From a virus (taxonomy: Duplodnaviria; Caudoviricetes), in IMG/VR virus record IMGVR_UViG_3300021344_000001, positions 1 to 49,744 of that record: a DNA stretch of 49,744 nt. One strand, given 5' to 3'. A program made the position numbers and the translations under genes. This document shows, one piece after another, positions 43,949 through 49,744 of this stretch; the first letter of the stretch is position 1, and each line of letters begins with the position of its first letter. Under the pieces are notes generated by a model, which saw only the letters and a list, made by a program, of their open reading frames with translations, made no database searches and had not been told where the DNA came from.

Positions 43949-45306
43949 TAAATTCCCCCCAAAAGTATATCTTCAAGTTTTTGATTCTGTATAGTTTCTC
44001 CGACATTTTTCTTGAGTTCTAAAGTCTTCGCGATGTACATGTCAATGGTATTGGGTACGCGGTAGTAAGTCACGCACTTGTTTTTGCCTGGTGAGTAGAT
44101 TCTATCAGTCGCCTGCGTCTGCTCTGCATAGCTGAAGGTTTCCGAGGCGAAGAGCGCATGCGTGGCCCCTTCCAGAGATATTCCAGTGGACGCCGCTTGT
44201 ATCTGAGCAATACAGACAACGGGCTCTTTTGAAGTGTTCACCAGGAGAATGGCTTCTTGTCTCTTCGGGATAGGGGTAGAGCCTTGTATCACAACTACTT
44301 TGCATTTAAGTCTATCCTTAACTTCACGTTCATACGTTTCTACTTCCCAAGTATACTTGCAAAAGATCACAGCCTTCTCTCCTGATTCTACGATCTCTTC
44401 AAGATCCTCACATACTGCGTCAATCTTCGCAGTGTGGACATCTTGCAATCCATTCTCCGTGTTCACAAACCCGGAGGTGATCTGTTGAAAGCGTAGGAAG
44501 CGCGTCAAGCCATGTGTCCCATTGACAGTTTGTCCATTCAACTCCACTATCCATTCTTGTGCCAACTTTCTGTAAAGCGTCATAATTTTCGGCGGTAGGA
44601 ACACCTTACGTTCTACAAATTGGTACTGATCTCCCCCAAACACTTCCTCACGTTTTACAATCGTCGCCCACTTCTTGAGCTTGGCCTCCAGCTCAAGCAG
44701 GTTCCGGTATCCCAGGACTTTGCTCCGGTACATCTGGTCACAGATAAGGTGTCGGTGCTCGAACTTTTGGAAGGACGAGAACCAGTCCCCCTCGTCGAAG
44801 GGCATCATTTGCCCCCACAGGTTAGCGTAATTGTTCAGGGTAGGAGTGCCGGTGAGAATGCGGACATACCGCGCCCGCTTCGCCATCTTGCGGTAGGCCT
44901 TGCCCCTGGCTGAGGAGACGCTTTTGAACCGATGGCTCTCATCCGCGATTAAAGCCTCTACAGTGAGCTTAGGCATTGCTTTGAGTATCTCGGCAAGGCG
45001 GTTGTCGTTGATGACCATCCATCGGTCAGGAAATGCCCTTAAAAGGCGAACTGTGTTTTTGATCGTCCCCGAGAACCCGTCTATCACCGTTATGCCTTGG
45101 CTACGCGCCTCCTCAATCCAGAATGGGCAGACTGTCTTAGGAGCGGTGATGAGGCACGAAGACGGCCTCCAGGCCTTCAGGTACTCAATCGCCATGCGCG
45201 TTTTCCCAAGACGGGGGGCCGCGAAGATGGCCCTCTTAGGAGAGCCTAAGTGTTTTGTTAGCTCTTCCTGTTGCCAGGGGCGTAGGTTAGTCATCGTTTC
45301 CTCCAT
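43948..45306 (-). CDS. SNF2-like superfamily 2 helicase
   Basis: LRPWQ, PRLGKT, IADESH, LTGTP, GISL, Q..DRI. Confidence 0.88.
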   Translation of the reverse strand: MEETMTNLRPWQQEELTKHLGSPKRAIFAAPRLGKTRMAIEYLKAWRPSSCLITAPKTVCPFWIEEARSQGITVIDGFSGTIKNTVRLLRAFPDRWMVINDNRLAEILKAMPKLTVEALIADESHRFKSVSSARGKAYRKMAKRARYVRILTGTPTLNNYANLWGQMMPFDEGDWFSSFQKFEHRHLICDQMYRSKVLGYRNLLELEAKLKKWATIVKREEVFGGDQYQFVERKVFLPPKIMTLYRKLAQEWIVELNGQTVNGTHGLTRFLRFQQITSGFVNTENGLQDVHTAKIDAVCEDLEEIVESGEKAVIFCKYTWEVETYEREVKDRLKCKVVVIQGSTPIPKRQEAILLVNTSKEPVVCIAQIQAASTGISLEGATHALFASETFSYAEQTQATDRIYSPGKNKCVTYYRVPNTIDMYIAKTLELKKNVGETIQNQKLEDILLGGI

Positions 45307-45491
45307 CGGTTCTGGTACGAGATGAACAGAGCTTCAATCTGGCTCGTGTGGGTGAGATAGTCCTTATACTTGGGCTTTAGCCATCCGAAGACGGTCTCTG
45401 CCCTAACATTCTTGTACTTACCCTTGAGCCGGTAAACGTCCTGGCGTAGAGCCGCCCATTGCTTATCTTTGACCGTATAATTTCTAGGCAT
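45291..45491 (-). CDS. Small hypothetical protein
   Basis: GGAG RBS before ATG 45491 (MPRNY...). Confidence 0.55.
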   Translation of the reverse strand: MPRNYTVKDKQWAALRQDVYRLKGKYKNVRAETVFGWLKPKYKDYLTHTSQIEALFISYQNRWRKR

Positions 45492-45535
45492 CGTCAACTC
45501 CATTATAATGAGGGAACGGGGGGGTACTTTTAGTC

Positions 45536-45571
45536 ATTCATTCATCCCCCTATATATATATATGAATGAAT
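45536..45571. other. Inverted repeat with (TA)n loop, candidate replication origin
   Basis: ATTCATTCAT-CCCCCTATATATATAT-ATGAATGAAT in non-coding gap next to primase gene. Confidence 0.45.
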
Positions 45572-45587
45572 TTTTAGGGGTCGCGCG

Positions 45588-45616
45588 ATTATATCTTTTT
45601 TTTTTGTTTTTGTCAA
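45588..45616 (-). promoter_or_regulatory. Consensus sigma70 promoter driving helicase-polA operon
   Basis: Minus strand TTGACA-17 bp (A-tract)-TATAAT, perfect consensus. Confidence 0.85.
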
Positions 45617-47274
45617 GGGGCCTCCAAGATTTTATAATCTGCTTTTTCTTTTCCTAGGATTCTTGATATTGTTGGTTGGGATACTTTAAGTTTTTCTGCT
45701 ATTTCTCTTTGGTTGTATCCCTCTTGTCTCATTTCTAAAACTTTCTCTTTAATTTTAGAATCTTCTTTGTCCTTTGCTATTTTTTTAGTTGCCTCCAAAT
45801 CTTTCACGTATGAAGTAGTTATCCAAGACTTCCTAGTTACTTCGGTACCGTCTTCTAGTATTTCTGTCAAGCGTTCCGAGTGGTTATTAGGATTTATAAG
45901 ATCTTTCCTCTCTCCGATCATTCTTAGGGCGTAGTTAGCTGCTGACACATTCTCCTTTTCTACATTCAGAAACAGAGGCATATCTTTTTCTCTTATAAAC
46001 GCTATAGTTATTCTGGCAACGTCTAGGAAGCTTGTAGAACCGCCAGGGAGGTTCTTCTTGTTAGAATGGAATACTCCAAATATGGCACATCCGGTACGTG
46101 TAGCCAAATCGGCTAAGGGAGCGAGACCATCTCTTCCCTGTTGTTGGGCGTCCCCATGACCTCCTTGAGGCATATGATCTTTGATGGAGTCGAACCATAT
46201 AAACTTTATACTGTACTCCTTTATGGTATCCTCTAACTCTTCCAAAGCCGTAGGAAGTCTCAATGATAGTGCCCTATTATGAGAGTATATTTTTTCTGGT
46301 ACGGCTCCAGAAATTACAGCACAGTTCCGCCAGAAGTCGGGATGATCTTCATGTCCTATAACCAAAAAATTATCTCCTTTCTGAGTAACCCTAGCAGCTA
46401 AAAACTGTCCAAAGGAGCTTTTGCCTGTGCCTCCCGGAGCGTAACCTGTCATAAGGTACCCGCCTTTCAATATAAATCCGTGTATGTACCATTCCAGAGG
46501 AGGGATATTAAAATTTACTCCGTTAGTGACCCTATCGTTCGGCGACTTTATTGAGAAGTTAGCGTCTACATGAGTATTGTGTTGAGCCAGTCGCTTCGCC
46601 CTCTTCAGGCTATCCTCTTCGGTGTATGGGTCACTTGGGTCGGGGTCCTTAAGAGCGGCTAGCAAACCTTCACGCTCTATCCGGTAGAGAGCATTGGCGT
46701 CGAGGCCCCATTTGTCTCTTAACCATCCGCCTGCGCTCTGCAAGAAGTTGTCATGTTGGCCTTTAGGAACGCCTGATAGCTGCTCTTGCCCTTCAGAATC
46801 GTTTCTAAGGGCCTTAGGAGGCGCTAGAACGAGGCTTAGGAGTGTTTCCGATGCAGGGGAGGGTTCTACCGTGTTAAGCATGCTGTAGACCCTGTTATCG
46901 ACTTGAGATCCCGGCCCCACAATATAGCCCTTGACTTTGACGTCAGCGATATGGACTCCGTCTCGGCCCGTTATTTTTGCATTCTTGCCTGCGAAGCCCT
47001 CAGGTAAGGCGTACAGGTAGTGACGACCATCGACTTTGAGCGTAGCTTGAGTCCATGTTGAGGCAAGAGATTCTTCGAGAGTGACACGGTCGGGATGGTC
47101 GGCAGGGCAGTCAAAGTCTACGACAAGCCATTGGTCGTCAAGGGATATGCCGTAGTTATCTGTGATTTCAATCTTTTCAGGATCGTATAATACGGCGTCT
47201 AGGTGGGCGTGAATAGTAGCAGGTTCTTTCAAGTTGTGCTTGAGTGGGAAGACTTTAGCGTTTTTAGGTATCAT
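45613..47274 (-). CDS. Bifunctional primase-polymerase / AAA_25 helicase with C-terminal HTH
   Basis: VFPL..K.P, NYGI, VVDFD, GRHYLY, GYIVGPGS (Prim-Pol); APGGTGKS, WFDS, FHSNK; GYNQREIAEKLKVSQPTISR. Confidence 0.88.
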   Translation of the reverse strand: MIPKNAKVFPLKHNLKEPATIHAHLDAVLYDPEKIEITDNYGISLDDQWLVVDFDCPADHPDRVTLEESLASTWTQATLKVDGRHYLYALPEGFAGKNAKITGRDGVHIADVKVKGYIVGPGSQVDNRVYSMLNTVEPSPASETLLSLVLAPPKALRNDSEGQEQLSGVPKGQHDNFLQSAGGWLRDKWGLDANALYRIEREGLLAALKDPDPSDPYTEEDSLKRAKRLAQHNTHVDANFSIKSPNDRVTNGVNFNIPPLEWYIHGFILKGGYLMTGYAPGGTGKSSFGQFLAARVTQKGDNFLVIGHEDHPDFWRNCAVISGAVPEKIYSHNRALSLRLPTALEELEDTIKEYSIKFIWFDSIKDHMPQGGHGDAQQQGRDGLAPLADLATRTGCAIFGVFHSNKKNLPGGSTSFLDVARITIAFIREKDMPLFLNVEKENVSAANYALRMIGERKDLINPNNHSERLTEILEDGTEVTRKSWITTSYVKDLEATKKIAKDKEDSKIKEKVLEMRQEGYNQREIAEKLKVSQPTISRILGKEKADYKILEAP

Positions 47275-47336
47275 ATATTCTCCTAGGCTGGTAGGTTGTT
47301 ATAGTATATAACACAGACGACCAGCCAGCGTTTTCG

Positions 47337-47627
47337 TTAAAGTACGCCCTTTCGTAAAGCATTAAGCGTGTAGTCTTTGGTATTGTAGCCTGTGAGCCGT
47401 ATCAGTTCCCTGCCATAACGCGATACGACGATAGTCGTAGGCACGCCAAGAACGCGCCATTGCCTTAGAAGGGCCTCCGAGACGCTGTCCGTATCATAAG
47501 ACTCCAACGCCTGATACTGGTCCTTGTAGGCCTCAAGACAGGCCTCTATGACCTTTCTGTAGGCTACGCAAGGACCGGACCATCCGGCATTGAAGAAGAG
47601 AACCCTAGGTTTTTTGATTTGTGCCAT
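47337..47627 (-). CDS. Thioredoxin-fold protein (WSGPC)
   Basis: FNAGWSGPC, WRVLGVPT (cis-Pro loop), ELIRLTG. Confidence 0.8.
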   Translation of the reverse strand: MAQIKKPRVLFFNAGWSGPCVAYRKVIEACLEAYKDQYQALESYDTDSVSEALLRQWRVLGVPTTIVVSRYGRELIRLTGYNTKDYTLNALRKGVL

Positions 47628-47650
47628 TCGCGACCTTGCCTTTAGGGGAC

Positions 47651-47676
47651 AGAAAAGCCCGCCTTGTGAGCGGGCT
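47651..47676 (-). terminator. Rho-independent terminator
   Basis: AGCCCGC-7 nt-GCGGGCT stem followed by TTTCT on minus strand. Confidence 0.65.
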
Positions 47677-47689
47677 CAACTTTGACGAT

Positions 47690-48082
47690 TTACAGGGTCA
47701 GAAGCTTGCGAGCGCGGGTGTAGTGGACATAGAACTGCTTGTAATTAGCATAGAATGGGGTCTGTGAGAGATTGAACTGAGCTTCGAGGGCCTGGTAGAG
47801 TCCTTTGAGGGTCGCGACTTTATTCTTCGACGCTTGAAAAATTTCGGCCCAATCCTCCTGGGAAAGGTAAGCAAGGTGAGACTTCGCTCTTGAGGCGCGA
47901 GGCAGGACATTCAAGAGCGCCTGCTGAACTAAGGACAAGTTCGGTTCATGATCGGACATAGTGACCTCTTCAATCGGTGCAAAGTAATCATCGTTATGGA
48001 TGTCTTCGACAGGAGTAAAGTATGCGTCAGTATTCTCTTCCGAGAAAGTAACGGGCTGTGTCTTAGATTTTTTCTTCGTCAT
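47690..48082 (-). CDS. Hypothetical protein
   Basis: AAGGA RBS before ATG 48082 (MTKKKSK...). Confidence 0.6.
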   Translation of the reverse strand: MTKKKSKTQPVTFSEENTDAYFTPVEDIHNDDYFAPIEEVTMSDHEPNLSLVQQALLNVLPRASRAKSHLAYLSQEDWAEIFQASKNKVATLKGLYQALEAQFNLSQTPFYANYKQFYVHYTRARKLLTL

Positions 48083-48098
48083 TGCATTTCCTTTCGCA

Positions 48099-48341
48099 CT
48101 ATATGTCTTCGCCAAGAACCTTTGTAGGTCCTCCAAAAACGTAGCACTTTTTGAATCCCATGTCTCTGGAGACATAGATCCAACCAAAACCTCCGAATAC
48201 AGCACGTTCTGCCGCACTCTCTTCCCATTCTGCTTGTGTAGCCCTACGAATGTACTCACCTTCTACCGTGTACAAAGTTCCCCATTCGCTCACTAACGGC
48301 TGTCGCTGGCATATCTCTTGAAGCTCTCCTTGCCAATTCAT
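48099..48341 (-). CDS. Hypothetical protein
   Basis: ATGA coupling with upstream ORF; GAGG RBS. Confidence 0.55.
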   Translation of the reverse strand: MNWQGELQEICQRQPLVSEWGTLYTVEGEYIRRATQAEWEESAAERAVFGGFGWIYVSRDMGFKKCYVFGGPTKVLGEDI

Positions 48342-48502
48342 ACCTCAATACCCCCGTCGAAGAGCTTGTCCATTGGTGAGCGCGGATCGACTTCGACGCT
48401 TCTCTTTAGAAGGACGATTACATTCTCTAGCGCGGTACCTACTGCGAAGCTGAAAAGGAACATAAGTAAGTAGCAGGTAGTTATCTCAATTAAGCTATCC
48501 AT
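48338..48502 (-). CDS. Small membrane protein (54 aa)
   Basis: AAGGAGAAC RBS; CYLLMFLFSFAVGTAL hydrophobic stretch. Confidence 0.55.
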   Translation of the reverse strand: MDSLIEITTCYLLMFLFSFAVGTALENVIVLLKRSVEVDPRSPMDKLFDGGIEV

Positions 48503-48620
48503 GTTGGTTCTCCTTATTTAGTGCTATGCACGTATTTTAACCTAGAGATATATGAGAATTGCCGAGATACGCATTAAGGAATTGTGCTTCGTCAAATACA
48601 AGGGCTTTACAAGTAAGTAC

Positions 48621-48649
48621 TTGACTGGGTAACTTGAATGGGATAAGAT
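48621..48649 (+). promoter_or_regulatory. Sigma70-type early promoter
   Basis: TTGACT-17 bp-TAAGAT. Confidence 0.7.
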
Positions 48650-48650
48650 A

Positions 48651-48805
48651 TATTCATCACCTAGCAAAAACACTCAAAGGAGAACAGCATGAAGTACGAA
48701 CTCACAAACGAAAGTATCAGCGTCGGTACACGAACACTCTACCGCATACGCGCTCTCAAGGACTTCGGCGAGGTTAAGGCCGGAGATCTCGGCGGATTCG
48801 TTGAA
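48651..48805 (+). repeat. 155-bp exact direct repeat, copy 1 (copy 2 at 49590-49744)
   Basis: Leader, RBS and first 39 codons identical; upstream GGCTTTACAAGTAAGTACTTGAC also shared. Confidence 0.9.
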
Positions 48806-49084
48806 TATGAACGTAACCTCTCCCAGGGGGGCGACGCTTGGGTCTCAGGCGACGCGTGGATCTACGGTGCCGCTTGGGTCTGCGGCGACGCTAAGATCTC
48901 CGGCGACGCTCAGGTCCACGATTACGCTCAGGTCTACGGTGCCGCCCAGATCTACGGCGACGCTCAGGTCTACGGTGCCGCTGAGGTCTACGGTGACGCT
49001 CAGGCCTTCGGTGACGCTCAGATCTACGGTGCCGCTCAGGTCTGCGGTGACGCTAAGGTCTACGAAGGGGACATAACGTGCTAA
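48689..49084 (+). CDS. Hexapeptide-repeat (beta-helix-like) protein, copy B
   Basis: Same N-terminus as 11..529, shorter and different repeat array. Confidence 0.85.
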   Translation: MKYELTNESISVGTRTLYRIRALKDFGEVKAGDLGGFVEYERNLSQGGDAWVSGDAWIYGAAWVCGDAKISGDAQVHDYAQVYGAAQIYGDAQVYGAAEVYGDAQAFGDAQIYGAAQVCGDAKVYEGDITC

Positions 49085-49255
49085 CTAAAATGAATCAGTT
49101 CTTCCTCTCTTCGCCGTTCCGTAAAACGATTGAAGACAAGTTCTTTGAGGCTTACTCATTACGGATGCAGCAGCAGGCTATGGATAAGACCCAACAATCG
49201 CCTTATACTTTTAGCTCCCGTCGTCGCAAGGTCGGCACATACGGAGGCGTCTAAC

Positions 49256-49453
49256 ATGTCATGTGAATTTGAAAAGATTAAGGGAACTGGAATCGACGAA
49301 CCGGCCGAGTACCGTTGTGAAGTATCAAAGGGTACTGACCTAGAGGACTGCTTAGAATGTTGTACGAAGTGTGGATGCTCTTGCGAAAAAGAGACTTGTG
49401 AAGACTGTGGAGAATGTGTACCGGAATCATGCTACGGGGGATGCGCACGATGA
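49256..49453 (+). CDS. Cys-rich metal-binding microprotein (65 aa)
   Basis: GGAGG RBS; 13 Cys in CxxC/CxC/CC clusters. Confidence 0.6.
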   Translation: MSCEFEKIKGTGIDEPAEYRCEVSKGTDLEDCLECCTKCGCSCEKETCEDCGECVPESCYGGCAR

Positions 49454-49559
49454 ACAAATATAACGAAGAAGAATTTGACTACGCCGAGAACCCCACTTGG
49501 ACTGAAGAATTTCAACCGGGACCAAACACGATCGTTACCTAGGCTTTACAAGTAAGTAC

Positions 49560-49588
49560 TTGACGGGTAGGTTACGAGATGAGAGTAT
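49560..49588 (+). promoter_or_regulatory. Second copy of early promoter (diverged)
   Basis: TTGACG-17 bp-GAGTAT in same context as 48621. Confidence 0.5.
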
Positions 49589-49617
49589 GTATTCATCACC
49601 TAGCAAAAACACTCAAA

Positions 49618-49744
49618 GGAGAACAGCATGAAGTACGAACTCACAAACGAAAGTATCAGCGTCGGTACACGAACACTCTACCGCATACGCGCTCTCAAGG
49701 ACTTCGGCGAGGTTAAGGCCGGAGATCTCGGCGGATTCGTTGAA
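49618..49744. repeat. Terminal direct repeat, right copy
   Basis: Identical to 1-127. Confidence 0.9.

Noticed and set aside
1-49744. Alternative genetic code, tRNAs, integrase
   Set aside because: Conserved genes are intact in code 11 using all three stops; no cloverleaf/T-loop signature or recombinase motif noticed (tRNAscan not run)

Overview
The window is an apparently complete (~49.6 kb, circularly assembled; bases 1-127 repeat at 49618-49744) genome of a tailed dsDNA phage, most likely a lytic podovirus-type phage with a P22-like portal/tail/ejection-protein layout. No integrase, tRNA or CRISPR array was seen. The + strand carries small early genes, two GroES-like genes, holin/amidase, MazG, TerL, portal, scaffold, capsid, tail and ejection genes. 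The - strand carries the replication/nucleotide module: prim-pol/helicase, SNF2-like helicase, UDG-like::PolA, PhoH, NrdA/B, ThyX, dCMP deaminase, GNAT-C39 peptidase, PD-(D/E)XK nuclease, AAA_24 ATPase, DUF669 SSB-like protein and VRR-NUC. Most unusual: (1) a six-gene operon between terL and portal encoding Sec-signal-peptide-bearing, disulphide-motif-rich fibre/lectin-like proteins; (2) an HNH endonuclease gene nested out of frame inside polA, with the polymerase frame left open and no intein or intron signature; (3) an AAA_24/Sak4-type ATPase with its Walker A loop at the extreme C-terminus (apparent circular permutation); (4) a hidden 31-aa Cys-rich ORF between nrdA and nrdB repeating the RNR C-terminal CLxCQ redox motif, plus an SxxC thioredoxin; (5) a PurD-like ATP-grasp enzyme among the ejection genes; (6) a tandemly duplicated promoter + beta-helix gene unit spanning the contig ends. 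All calls come from motif reading only; no searches were run.
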